NCBI GenBank assembly: GCA_951406725.2
Contig: OX597815.1
Coordinates: 55,118,001 to 55,182,000 of the forward strand
DNA: 64,000 nucleotides
Source: Octopus vulgaris
Lineage: Eukaryota
Direction of reading: 5' to 3'
The number at the start of each line of letters is the position of its first letter. Position 1 is the stretch's first letter. The translations under genes were made by a program, and so were the position numbers. Shown in pieces: positions 50,811-64,000 of this stretch. The notes under the pieces are model-generated. The model had not been told where the DNA came from. It saw only the letters and a program-made list of their open reading frames with translations, and searched no databases.

Positions 50811-53800
50811 CATAATAATGATAATCCTTTTTATTAAAGGCACTAGGCCTTTGAGAGGAGGGCACTAGTCAATTACATCAACCCATGTTTCACTGGTACT
50901 TAATTTATCAACCCCATAAAGATGAAAGGCAAAGTCAACCTCAGCAGAATTTGAACTTAGAACAGAGCAATGGGTGAAATATCACCAAGCAGTTTGTCTA
51001 GTGTGCTAATGATTCTACCAGTTCATTGCCTTGATGATAATAAAAATAGTACAATATGCATAACAGTAGGTTGTCATATAGTTTTACCCAAAGCTATATC
51101 AACAAAAGTTTCTTTTATATACTTTGATCTTTTTGTTTTTCTATAAACTGGTCAACAAGAAAGAAACTGTGTATCATCACTACAAAAGAAAACGGGTTAA
51201 AAAATACAGAACTAGGAGCAATGTTTTCAACAAACTGCAAGAACTGGCATGAACTTAAATTGCATCTATCTAAAGGAAAAATATGTCATTTATCAGTAAA
51301 AAGTTTGGCTAAAAGAACAATATTTTGTTCTTTTAGCCAAACTTTTTTAGACAACAAATTTTGTAATGTTTGATTCTTTGGCTTATGGTATGTAAAACTT
51401 GTTAGTCCATGGTACAAATAAAAAATTGTACACAACTAATAATGGAAAAATTTTACAGACTGCAAAATACAGTCCTTTTTTTTTTATCCTTTCATGAATG
51501 CAGATTTATATAAGGTTAAAGCTCAAGACAAAGTGATTCACAGCATAGGAAAGAGTATCTGAAATAAGTCAAATATTATTCAATTATTCTACACTTTACA
51601 CCTAATTAAGCAAATGATGATGGTTTTGCAGGGTTTTTTATGTAATAAAACCTGTGATTAAGATTATCTGAAGAGATTATCTGAAGTTTTTAATACACAG
51701 CCTTGGGAATTTGTGTTTAGAAAAATCTATTTTCAAGATTAATGATGTGATACTAGATATGTGAGTCAATAATTGTGAATATTAATAGCCTGGCTTTAGA
51801 ATTTCCTTGACCAGGTAAAGAATTTATATATTTTTCATTAACTGTCAACAAGCATTTCTTTTAAATATACATGCTAATATATGCATTGCCAAACAAATAA
51901 TTTCAGGCTGGGACAGTCTCTGTTTCAGAAGCTGAGTTTACTCTGTTTACAATTGCCAATGCTAAATTGTGCCACTATTTCTTAGTTATATGTCTATTTT
52001 TAAAAAAATAAATTAGTCAAGAAAGAATGACAATGACATTTGCAGGACTAAACAGACTGGTGTGGTTGATACCCTGCCTAAACATTAGAGGTAAAATTTC
52101 TGCATGCAATATAAGAAAAGAAAAGGTGAGCTAAGAGTTGGGATCTTGCCTGAATGTTAGTTATATTATATTGGTTTCAAATGTTGCCACAAGGCCAGAA
52201 ATTTGGGGGGTGGGTAAGTCAATTACATTGACCCCAGTGCTCAATTGGTATTTATTCTATCGACCCCAAAAGAATGAAAAGCAAAGCCAACTTTGCCAGA
52301 GTTTGAACTCAGAACTTAAAGACAGATGAAATGCTACTAAGCATTTTGCTAAGTGTGCTAACAATTCTGCCAGCTCGTCACCTTTGTTTGTTATATTAAA
52401 TACTGTTTTTATTAAACTGAGAGGAATGTCACTGAGGTTTCTTGCTCATGGATTGTTTAAAGTTGTTTCCATCAATGAGAAATAATGTAGTTGTTTGACC
52501 AGGCTATATTGTTCAAATGTTGTTTTTGTTTTAACCAAGATCAACCTTGATTGTACATTCCAGCTGAGACTACTCTGTCTTCTTTTAAGACAGTAAGGTT
52601 TTATTGTCAAATCTATGGTCGTGCTTTCCTTACTGTAGATAACTGAAAATTTGTCTTGCAAAATTTCATTGCGGTAAAGTTGTCCGGCTATTGATAATCA
52701 TCTGTGACAAATTATTGACTTTGAAATTCATTCTGACCCTGATGCTGATATTCTTCTTACATGTACTGACTGTCTTCATGAGTTAACTATGATGGTTAGT
52801 GGTTAATAAATGAAATCATTATTTTCTTGTCTCCATTTGCAGTTAAGATTGTTAGTTGAGAGTATCTGATGATAGCTAGTAGCTTCCTGAGTTTTTATAT
52901 AGATACCTTTCATCCAATCAACTTACACAACCTTTAGTACATCAAAGAACAATTGATTTCTTGAAAATTCAACTGCTAGTATCCCATCCCTTTTGCTTAA
53001 AATACAATCATATGTCAAATACTTGTATTTATTAGCAGACATTAGAGATATAGACAATTAGTAAAAACGTTATCAAAGTGATTTAATACTTCACTCCATT
53101 TCAAAATCATGTAAGTACACTTATCTTGAACAAAGTCCCTACTTTTGTTCTAAGAAGCCATGGTAACCAGGTCAACATGCAGTTTATGTTCTTAGCACTC
53201 ATGGCAGTTTCTGATTGGTGTTTGTTATTTCACCAGTCACAACCTTCACCTTCACATCTTCAACATAAATTATATAAATTGATAATTCTTTTATTTAATT
53301 CATAGGATTTACAAAATTACTGCTTCCTTGAAATAAATCTTCCAAACAACCTAGGAAAAATTTCATGCAACCAATTTCTTTTAGTGAATTTGGTTAGGAT
53401 ATTAATGAAGTATTTTCATGAGCAGGAAGCAGAATCTAATATATTTTTAAGATTCACTAGACTGTAACCATTGTCTTTGCTTATCTTTTTGAGCTCCATC
53501 AGACTGCAAACACGGCCTTAGTTTTATGTTGTACTTCTGACAGCACAGTTTTATTAGTCAATGCAACTCCTGCATCTTTCCCAGATTATCAGTAATTTTG
53601 GATACAGATATAAATTTATAATTTTGATAGATAATCAAAGTAGTTGACCACAAACTGGGAATGAAATTATTTACTGGCTCTTCAGCAGCCTTTTCTCTGT
53701 ACTGTCTTCTATTGAAATATCATATTCAGAATGGTTCCACAACATGTAGATTTTTATTTTTATTTATCATTCATTGTATCTGTATTTCTAACATCATCAT

Positions 53801-54908
53801 CATCATTCATTCATTCATTCATTCATTCATTCATTCATTCATTCATTCATTTATTCATTCATGTATGCATGCACTCACACACACATACACACATACATAT
53901 ATATCCTTTATGTTCGTTTATGGGAAATGTTTTTGAATATGCATGTAAAAACCCTTATTGCATTAAGCTGGCTACAGCCTAATGAGACTAACTGACAATA
54001 GCAGTTTAATGGGCGTGTACCGAGCTATCCCCATATAATGTAGGATGAATATAGTAATAATAATCCTTTCTACTATAGGCACAAGGCCTGAAATTTCAGT
54101 GGAGGGGACTAGTCGAATCTATTGACCCCAGTTCTCGACTGGTATCATTTTATCAACCCCAAAAGGATGAAAGTCGATCTCAGCAGAATTTGAACTCAGA
54201 AGATAAAGACAGACAAATTGCCACTAAGCATTTTGCCTGGCATGCTAATGATTCTGCCAGCTCGCTGCACTAAATATAGTAATAATAATAATAATAATAA
54301 TAATCCATGGATGGAATTTACAAATATTTTGATACATCGCTATACGTGTTTTCATAAATCACATGTTTCTTACAATCATAGTCCATATTCATGGGATGAT
54401 TATAGTACAGTCAAAAGTATCCATGGACATCGAGTTGATCCCATTCATGTGTTCATTTCCTCAGGACTGAAGGTTATCAATTTTGACCAATGAAAAAAGG
54501 GTTAATTGGACAGTTCTGTATGTATTTGGTGAGGAGGGGTACAAGGTGATGGAAAGAGAGAAAGGAATGGTAATTATGAAAGAGAGGGAGGTATGTGGTG
54601 ATACTAGACTTCATTTGATATTTGAGTATACAGATGTGGGGATGCATTGTATAGTTCATTGGTTTGAACTTAGTCACAGCAGGTGACCCCTAAATGAATT
54701 CAGATGTAGGAGAGTCAACAAGTACAGCTCTTCTGCTGTTGGAGTTCATTATCTGAGTTGACAAACGATATTCTTTTGAAATGTCCTTTTAATTACTTTT
54801 GGTCATAGAATGGTATAGCATATAGCACATGAAAATAATGGTTATTTTGTTTAGTAAGAAAATATTCAATTCAGTCACATTCATCATGATCCAGATCACA
54901 TTTCCAGT

Positions 54909-55850
54909 ATGCCTAAAGCTACAAAGTTTTCCAAAATTGAGCAAGGAAAGATTCTTGCACTGAAAGCAGAAGGAATGAATAACTGGAAGATTGCCGAGAA
55001 GATTCAGCAAAGCAGAACATCAGTGGAGAATTTTCTGAAAGACACTGGTAGTTACAACAGGGTTCATGCTGCTGGAAGTACCAAGGCTACATCAGAGGGA
55101 TGAAAGGGCCATTGTCAGAGCTGTGAAGAAGTTACACTGCTCTTCTGTTTTCGAAATAAAGGCATCAGCAGGAGTAGGAGCCTCATGATTTTGAACCATG
55201 GTTTCCACTTGAAGAAGCGGCTGGGTATCCATTCTTCTCCCTTTTCCACAAAACTGTTAGATTCAAGTTTTCTCAGTAGCATCAGATGTGGGATAGTAAA
55301 TAAACAGGGTTCTGTTCTCCGATGAGAAAAAATGAAATTTGGATGGCTCTGATGGTATTGCTGGGCAGATAAATGTATACAAAATTTTACTTATTTCAAG
55401 CAGCAGAATAGTGGAGGAGGTTTGTCATGTGGGGAGCAATATTTGCCGTTGGGGAGCTGCCATATGTCATCATGGATGGCCTTTTCAATGCTGCATGTTA
55501 CATCGATATGTTGGATGAGGCTCATATTGATAAAAAAAGAATTTTGTATTTCAACAGGACAGTGCTTCTATTCATAAAGCAAAGACAACTTTGGATTTAT
55601 ACCAAGCAATCGAGGTTGAAGTCATGCCATGGCCAGAAAGAATTCCCGACCTTAATCCTATAGAGAATGCTCACGAACATTATGTATACTGAAGGCCAGC
55701 AGTATTCATCTGTTGATGAACTCAAAACAGCAATAAAAAGGCCTGGGAAGAGCTTCCATTTGATCTGCTCCAGAAATTGATTGATTGCATGAAATAATGT
55801 GTTTTTGAAGTAATTCAGGAAGGTGGTGGTCAAACACACTATTGTTGATG
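54909..55850 (+). pseudogene. Tc1/Tc3-like transposase pseudogene
   Basis: HTH N-terminus MPKATKFSKIEQGKILALKAEG..IAEKI; VLFSDEKK*NLDG, MWGAI, FQQDSASIH and PDLNPIEN, with stops and frameshifts. Confidence 0.88.
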
Positions 55851-58251
55851 TATTGCATGAGAATATCATTGAAATATATCGTTTTTGCAGCATTATTCAA
55901 CCTGGTGTTATGGTTTTGAACAGGGGGTTTCTGGCTCTGTGTGTTTTTTTTAAAAATTATTTTTTAATTTATTTTGGAATTTTAGTAAATTTGAATATTG
56001 TAATGCTTTCTATTTTATTTCCTATAAGGAGGCAAGTTTCATGAATTTGGGTAGTATATTTCGCCAGAAAAACAGACAGAGATCTGGCTTTATAATTGGA
56101 ACAACAGTTTAATAGTCACTTGCCCAACAATATTCTCAAATTAAATTTTTTTATCGAATGAATAAATTTATTGATTTCAGGGCTGAGTTTCTTCACATGT
56201 TTGAGAACATCCCACAAAAATGAGACAACTATTATCAAGTTCTAAAACATTAACCACATGATTATTCAGAATGCGCTGTTCTATCTATTTGAAACTAAAT
56301 ACAATGCTTCATTGGGATTTAAATATTTTGGCACCAGATAAAAGAAAGAAAATAACCTTAAGCAGAAGTGAGCCTATTTGAAATATTTCTCTCTTTCTTT
56401 ATCTTTCTCTCTCTCACTCTCTCTCACTCTTTCTGTCCATTTCACTCTCTCTCTTTCTTTCCTTCTTTTCCCCCTCTCTCTAAATAACGATATACTTCAT
56501 GTATTATTTGGTTTCTTTCCAATATTTTAAAAACATTCTGGTTCTTTCCCCTATGGAAAACATCTTGCCATTTTTTTTATTTTTGACAATAAAAATTATT
56601 ACATCTTTTCTCACACATCAAGATCAAAATAGAGATATATAATGTCTGTAGATATTGATGGGATTAAAGCCATGTGTTTGGTTTAAGAAAGAGTTGGAAC
56701 AAATCCAGAAATTATCCAAGCAATACATTACCAGAGATTTGCACAAAGCATATGGCCTGTTCTAAATTTGTTCTTAAAACAACTATACAGATGTACTTAA
56801 GAATCAAAATAAAAGAGAAATATGCCAAGCTTTCTTAGTAGAAGTAATGTTATTAAGAAATAAGAGTTGCAGCTGGTTAAGTGTCAAGTAGATTAGCTGC
56901 TTGCATTTGTGTTGCTCAGTTCAACTAAAATCATAAAGATGCCAAGAATAGTAACTGATCGCTAAAATAGAAAGCAAGACAAGGATAAAATCTTTCATCA
57001 CTGAATTAGAGAAGGCCAGTACTCATAATACATTTCAGGGCCTCTGAGACTGCTGGATGGAATCAAGAAAACTATTCTCATACCTTGAATTATTGCTATA
57101 AAGCAGTCTTCACTATAGACACCGAAGGGCCAGCTGGTACTGTTAAATTGGGCAACAAAATAGGTCTTTGCACCAAAGAACAGGAATGGTTTCCCTTAGA
57201 AGCCTTCATTCCCCAAGTTTCACCTCCAAGGCTTTGGTTAAAAGCTATGGTTAAAAAAACACGTATCTAAGGTGCCGTGCAGTGGAATTCAACAATACGA
57301 AGCTATTAATACTTCCTTAACTACAGAGTTATATCTGCACTTGAAATATGATTATGGAAATAAATCATCTAAATGGTCAAATAATGTGACAGTAGAAAGT
57401 TGCCATTTCTTATTATTGATCTTGATTATGAAAGACGAAGTTGACTCCAGGGACATCTGAACACAAGACAAAAGATGTATTGAATACGTAGTCAGCTACT
57501 TTCTTGTATCTTTCATCGAAATTTGAAGTAAGGAGCAAGAGAGGCAAACTTAAAACTTTGGAAAAAGCAGATATATTAGAGTGTTACTCAAATGCTTGTG
57601 GCAATTATTCAGGCTCTTTGCATTGTGAATTCAAATCCCACTAAAGTCCACTTTACCTTTCATCCTTTCCAAGATTGATGAACAAAATACCAGTCAAGTA
57701 TTAGGGACATTTTTTTTCTCTTTCTCTTAGATAGCGAACAACTTGATGTTTCTTTCCTTCAAGAAATTATATACTTTCCCTAAAGAAATATCCACACCAG
57801 GGCATTAGAATAGTGCTATAATGTAGCAAACAGTCTCCATACAGTACGCTTGGATGGAAGGATTGGTTTGGCTAGGCTGAGTATAGGTGTAACATGTTTC
57901 CATGTCCCAATAAAACAAAAGGGGGGGGGGGATCCCACCTCCCACCACAATTTTACCACGTTGGGAATCATTGCTTTATACACACTTCGTATTTTTCAAA
58001 AAGAATATTATTGACAATGACTTTGAAGTTTCGGCCAACTAAGCCATCATCGGACTGTGCACATTGATGGCTTAGCTGACCGAAACTTCGAAGTCACTAT
58101 CAACAATATTCTTGTTTAAACAAGAATTATATATATTTTGGTGTATCTGGGGAAAGTCATTACATTTAATTTCCACTCATTTACATTTTTTCTTCTAAAA
58201 TTTTCGTTGCTTCTTGCAACCTCTTCATTATTTAGAAAAAGAATAAATAAA

Positions 58252-58640
58252 TAGGTGCAGGCCTGGCTGTGTGGTAAGAAGCGTGCTTCCCAACCACATG
58301 GTTCAGGGTTCAGTCCCACTGTGTGGTACCTTGAGCAAGTGTCTTCTACTATAGCCTCAGGCTGACCAAAGCCTTGTGAGTGGATTTGGTAGACGTACGT
58401 ACGTACGTACGTACGTACGTACGTACGTACGTACGTACGTACGTACGTATGTATGTATGTATGTATGTATGTATGTATGTATGTATGTATGTATGTATGT
58501 ATGTATGTATGTATGTATGTATGTATGTATGTATGTATGTATGTATGTATGTATGTATGTATGTATGTATGTATGTATGTACGTACGTACGTACGTACGT
58601 ACGTATGTATGTATGTATGTACGTACGTACGTACGTACGT

Positions 58641-58682
<42 letters not shown>

Positions 58683-58845
58683 GTTGGTGTGTTTACGTTG
58701 CCGTAACTTAGTGCTTCAGCAAAAGAGACCGATAGAATAAGTATTAGGCTCACAAAGAATAAGTCCTGGGGTCGATTCGTTTGACTAAAGGCAGTGCTCC
58801 AGCATGGCCACAGTCAAATTACTGAAACCAGTAAAAGAATAAATG
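58252..58845 (+). mobile_element. SINE family B with an expanded (TACG)/(TATG)/(TAGA) microsatellite
   Basis: GGTGCAGGCCTGGCTGTGTGGTAAG tRNA-like head; family B tail after 58680. Confidence 0.85.
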
Positions 58846-59004
58846 AATAGATAAGTAAATGAGTGGAAATCGAACCATTGCATAGTTCGATTAATTAATA
58901 AGGTATTAAAACAGAATGACTCTCCCTAGACACAACAAAGTATGCTTCAACACATGAATTCACATATAGAACCTTGCGAACCAAATACAAAAATGAAGTC
59001 AATA

Positions 59005-60420
59005 AATATATATTATGGACACATAAGAGGTGCAGTAATATCAAAGGGAGGCAAACTGGGAAGAAAGTTTTTGTATGTGGCAGGTGCTCAGGAGCAATAA
59101 ACACTGAAAATGCGCAGAGACCAACTTCCGCCACATTCCAGGGAGAAAAATTAGAAGTAGTTGATAGCTTCCGTTACCTAGGGGACCAAGTCAGTAGCGG
59201 AGGTGGGTGCGCTGAAAGTGTAGCTGTTACAATAATAATAGCTTGGGCAAAGTTCAGAGAGCTCTTACCTCTGCTGGCGACAAAAGACCTCTCGCTCAGA
59301 GTAAAAGGTAGACTATGACGCTTGTGTACGAACAGCCATGCTACATGACAGTGAAACATGGGCTGTGACTGCTGAGGACATGCGTAAGCTCACAAGGAAT
59401 GAAGCCAGTATGATCCGATGGATGTGTAATGTCAGTGTGCATACTCGACAGTGTAAGTACCTTGAGAGAAAAGTTGGACCTAAGAAGCATCAGATGTGGT
59501 GTGCAAGAGAGACGACTGCGCTGGTATGGTCATGTGACAAGAATAGACGGGGACAGCTGTGTGAAAAAGAGCCACACCCTAGCGGTTGAGGGAACCTGTG
59601 GAAGAGGTAGACCCAGGAAGACCTGGGATGAAGTGGTGAAGCACGACCTTCGAACTTTAGGCCTCACCAATGAAATGACTAGTGACCGAGACCTTTGGAA
59701 ATATGCCGTGCGTGAGAAGATCCGGCAAGCCAAATGAAACCATAATCTCATGGCCTATGCCAGGGGCGTAACCAGCCCACTTATGCGTAACCTTTTCCTT
59801 CTTTGGACACTAAAACTCTGCTTGCGAAGATCTGTTGAGGCAAGTGAAATCAAATCAATCAAAAGCAAAATCAAAATCAAATTCGATGACTGGCGTCAGT
59901 GGGCAGGGTGCAAAGAGCACCATACGAGCGTGATATTGAGAGAGCGGCTAACCGGCTTCCGTGCCAGTGACACTTAAAGGGCACCATTCGAGCGTGATCA
60001 TTACCAGCGTCGCCCTACTGGCCCTTATGCTCGTGCTAGTAGGGTGCCAAGAGCACCATCCGAGCGTGATCGTTGCCAGAGCAGCCAACTGGCTTCCATG
60101 CCAGTGGCACGTAAAAGGGCACCATTCGAGCGTGATCGTTACCAAAGTCGCCTTACTGGCACCTGTGCTGGTGGAATGTGTAAAAGGATTTGAGCAAGGT
60201 CGTTGCCAGTACCGCCTGACTGGCCCCGTGCCGGTGGCACGTAAAAAGCACCCACTACACTCTCGGAGTGGTTGGCGTTAGGAAGGGCATCCAGCTGTAG
60301 AAACTCTGCCAAATGAAGATTGGAGTCTGGTGCAACCATCTGGTTCGCCAGCCCTCAGTCAAAAGCGTCCAACCCATGCTAGCATAGAAAGCGGACGTTA
60401 AACAATGATGATGATGATGA
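59005..60420 (+). mobile_element. 5'-truncated RTE-clade LINE: RT C-terminus, 3' UTR with tandem repeats, (ATG)n tail
   Basis: LEVVDSFRYLG, AWAKFREL, SETW, RRLRWYGHV and GRGRPRKTW. Four GCACCAT-CGAGCGTGAT repeats at 59915-60140. Confidence 0.85.
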
Positions 60421-61039
60421 ATTCCTTATATTCATGTTAATATTAATAATTAAGTTCACAAAATAGACTTTCCAACTTGTATTGAAACAATTGTAACTAC
60501 AGAATAAAAAATAACATACATTTCAGTTTTTCATTCAACAACCCCGTCTGTGTGAATAATATACTTGACAAGGAATTTCAACTTACATGGATACAAGTTC
60601 TTATTAAAGAAAAACCACTACAAATATATATTTGGTAGCCAGTATTCGCAGATGCGCTTCCTAAGGATGCACCTTGGATTTTGATCCTTTTTATATACTA
60701 CAGACACGCACGCACACATGCTCAGATGTACACACACACACACACTCACACCCCTTAAATCCATTTACATGAAACGTTTTTGAGTATGTCACACATGTAT
60801 TAATATTCTCTTTAAAATCCATGGATTTTGAAAATCATATTTGTAAAGCCTATAGATAGGGAATACAACAACGTTTTTGGTCCCCCAAGATCACAGATAG
60901 AACCTGCTTTTTATATTGTGTCCACCTACGAGCATTTTATCTCTCTATTTTTTTATATATATTTGTTTATATATTTTTATATATTTTTATTGCTTTATAT
61001 ATCTTTACATATTTTTCTGTATATTACCTTTCACCCTGC

Positions 61040-61420
61040 ATTTTTGTGCATGTGTGTATATAGATGTGTATATGAACATAATTGTGCACATATGGGTATA
61101 TAGACGTGTGTGTTTGTGTGTGTGGGTATGTATATGTGTACATGTGTATGGTTGCATATATATGTATACATATAGGTGGGTGTGCATGTATGTGTTTCCC
61201 GTGAGTGTGAGTGAGCATATGCATATATAGCATATGCATATTTAGACGTGTATATGAATAGAATTGTGCACACATGGGTATATATACATGTGTACGTGTG
61301 CGTGTGCGCGGATATGTATATGTGTACATGTGTATGGTTGCATATATATGTATATATAGGTGTGTGTGTGGGTGTGCATGTATGTGTTTCATGCGAGTGT
61401 GAGTGAGCATATGCATATAG
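61040..61420. repeat. ~180-bp TG/TA-rich tandem duplication
   Basis: TAGA-GTGTATATGAA..ATTGTGCACA..GTGAGTGAGCATATGCATATAG appears twice. Confidence 0.7.
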
Positions 61421-61751
61421 GCACATGTACGTGGGGGGGGGGGTGCATGTGTATGTATGTACATGCGCGCATATGCGAATTCTATGAGCATTTTTTATTT
61501 CTCCCCTTTCGGGTTTTCTCCCTTTATTTAACGGTCATTCTAATAGCACGTTTATTTGTCTTAATAACTGTCATCTTCATGGTAATTTCCCTTTGTTTAA
61601 TGGTCATTTTCATAGCATTCTTGTTTGTTTTAATAACTAACGAGATGCCGGAGCAGATTTCTGCCCTAACATCCGAAACTCGGAGTTTTATTACGGCACC
61701 TGAATAATTGTCACATATTATATTACATATATATATATATATATATATATA

Positions 61752-64000
61752 TCTATATATATCAAACTGAGAATGTGTGTCTGTCTGTCTGTCTGTGTGT
61801 TTCTCTAAAACTTGAGAACTACACAACCAATTTCATTCAAATTTTACACATGCCTTACTTAAGGTCCGGGGAGTGTCATTCACAAAAAAATTTTACTTTT
61901 TCCCTAGGGCGACCCCACAGCAATATCATATCTTCTCCACTATTTTAGTATTACGTGTTAAAAGTGAAACAAAAACCTCTCTGTTGTAATGCAGACACTT
62001 TCACTTTAATACTGAAACTATTAAAGTGAAAGTATTATATAACAGGGATGAACCATTAACAGTGGTCATCCATTTTGCTAGAAGATCCGCTATGGTCTTA
62101 TATGCTACACCACTAGTTTTCAATTCATATTAATCAAATTAATATTCAATTTTTCACCCTTATTATGTGTGCGTGTGTGTATTAGCAATTCGTATAAAAT
62201 TGCATCAATGACTTGAACTTGAATAAGTGGTTTCACATAAATTAAAAAGGTTTGTTGTTATTATTATTACTGTTTGACTATTGTAATCACGTTTGTTGGT
62301 TCCTCGTCAGGGAAACGTTGTTGTGTTGCATTTGTTAAATAATTGTAAACCGTAACCCTCCCCCTTTCGGAGAAGGGGCTTTGGTTATTGTTTAAAAATT
62401 GAATTGTGTCCCTGTTTGGCGAAATTGACAATATTTTCACCGTCTTTACGGAAGCATTTTTGTTAAAATGCCTTCGATAGAAGAAAGTCCAAAAATGAAT
62501 TTCGCTGCAAGAGACGGGCCTACAATTCCAGTCTGTTATATATTTTGAGTATTGTTATCACTAGCGATATCAAGATATAACTTTGTATTTTGTATTTTAT
62601 GTGTAGTTGTATATATATAGATGACACCCTGCCATTCAACAGAATGCAGTGCACCTGGAAAATGGTCAAAGAGTGTACTTCACCGATGCTAATGCTTCTC
62701 TGTTGGCAGAGGAACCAAGGGATAGCACACTCACTGCATTCTTCAAGCTTTGTCAAGTGGATCCATTCGCTCAAACCTTGCTGTATCCACAGATTCCATC
62801 GTACTACACTTGGAATGGAAAAAAATGGGCCCCACGGAAAGCAGGTCAAAATGTTCATGGATACCCTGGCATTAAGTTTCACACTTGCCTTGGGCGAATA
62901 TACACTCAAAAAGAGTGCTTCTACCTTCGTCTACTACTGCATGAGGTCAGAGGGCCAACGTCTTTCCAGGCCCTAAAAACTGTTCATGTACATGTCTGCA
63001 CAACATACAGAGAAGCCTGCTATCGACAAGGTCTGTTAGAAGATGGTGCACAGTGGGATGAAACTTTAGGAGAGGCTGCTTTATCACAATCACCTAAAAG
63101 TCTCATGGCACTATTTGCAGTATTACTACAGGCATGCGAACTGTGTGATCCGGCCCCTCTATGGCTCAAATATAGAGACAACCTGGCTGAAGACTTTCAG
63201 CGCCAAGCTCAACTGCTCTATCCTGACATGGAGAGTATCAGCAATGAAATCTATAACAAAACACACATTGACATAGAAGACAGAATTGCTAAACTGGGTG
63301 GAAATGAATTGTCGACTTATGGCCTGCCACAAGCATTCAGGTCAGGGTCAAATAGCCTTCCCACTGCTGTCATTCGTGAAACAACCTACGACACTCAAGC
63401 GCTTTCAAAGTACATTGTTGAAAATGACCCTAAATTACTTCCGGACCAGCTGCAGGCCTACAGAACCATTCTTAATAGTGTATACCAACGCGAGGGATGA
63501 ATCTTCTTCCTCGATGCTCCTGGAGGGACAGGAAAAACATTTATTACAAAGCTTCTCCTTGCAGAAGTTAGGCAGCATCAGGACATTTCAGTAGCTGTAG
63601 CCTACTCTGGCATTGCAGCTACTTTGTTACTCAGTGGCAGGACAGCGCACTCAACTTTTAAACTCCCTCTCAATTTAGCAGCATCCGAAATGCCTTCATG
63701 CAACATCAACAAAAGCTCAGATCAGGGACAAGTACTTAAAATGTGTCATCTAATTGTCTGGGATGAGTGCACTATGGCTCACAAGGGAGCTTTGGAAGCA
63801 TTAGATAGAGCCCTGAAAGACATCCGAGACTGTCAGGCTCCAATGGGAGGTGTAACGCTTCTGTTGTCAGGTGATTTCAGGCAAACTCTTCCTGTCATTC
63901 CGAAAGGCACTAGAGCAGATGAAGTCCAAACATGCCTAAAGTCCTCTATCCTGTGGCATCGTGTTACAATCCTCAGTCTCACCATTAACATGAGAGCTCA
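61752..64000 (+). mobile_element. Helitron (5' end plus deleted Rep/Pif1-helicase gene), runs off the window
   Basis: A|TCTATATATATC 5' terminus at 61752. HLENGQRVYF, ECFYLRLLL, GPTSF, FFLDAPGGTGKTF (Walker A), IVWDECTM (Walker B) and LSGDFRQTLPVI. Premature TGA at 63498-63500. Confidence 0.92.

Noticed and set aside
51081-51150. Minus-strand ..ETFVDIALG|GTAAAA as a candidate gene B exon 1
   Set aside because: In-frame stop upstream, no ATG and no GxW motif
56640-57100. Possible hAT transposase relic (DGIKAM..NPEII..IH)
   Set aside because: Similarity too weak and too many stops to support a call by eye
57850-57920. Minus-strand FIGTWKHV peptide resembling the FABP exon-1 motif
   Set aside because: No upstream Met (poly-C run instead), no NF-helix motif and no phase-1 G|GT donor at the right distance
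59915-60140. Regularly spaced GCACCAT-CGAGCGTGAT repeats that look CRISPR-like
   Set aside because: Eukaryotic context, spacers related to each other, no cas genes; they are tandem repeats in an RTE 3' UTR

Overview
AT-rich, microsatellite- and transposon-dense eukaryotic DNA, most likely from an octopus (inferred from the tRNA-derived SINE families; not database-checked). The only host genes I can support are two spliced fatty-acid-binding-protein (FABP/iLBP, calycin) paralogues in convergent orientation, both largely missed by the ORF track. Gene A (+) is complete, with 4 exons at 20317-35797 encoding 135 aa. Gene B (-) has exons 2-4 at 37709-49466; its exon 1 was not found in the window. 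Both diverge at the canonical Arg/Arg/Tyr carboxylate-binding residues. The rest is mobile DNA: two Ty3/Gypsy elements (one with near-identical LTRs and a TSD, nested in a Tx1/L1 LINE), three related solo LTRs, R4/Dong-, Tx1-, CR1- and RTE-type LINEs, Penelope-like fragments with degenerate minimal hammerhead-ribozyme motifs, Helitrons, Tc1/mariner relics, MITE-like foldbacks, many SINEs and a 5S rRNA pseudogene. All calls are by eye; TE boundaries without a stated TSD are approximate.
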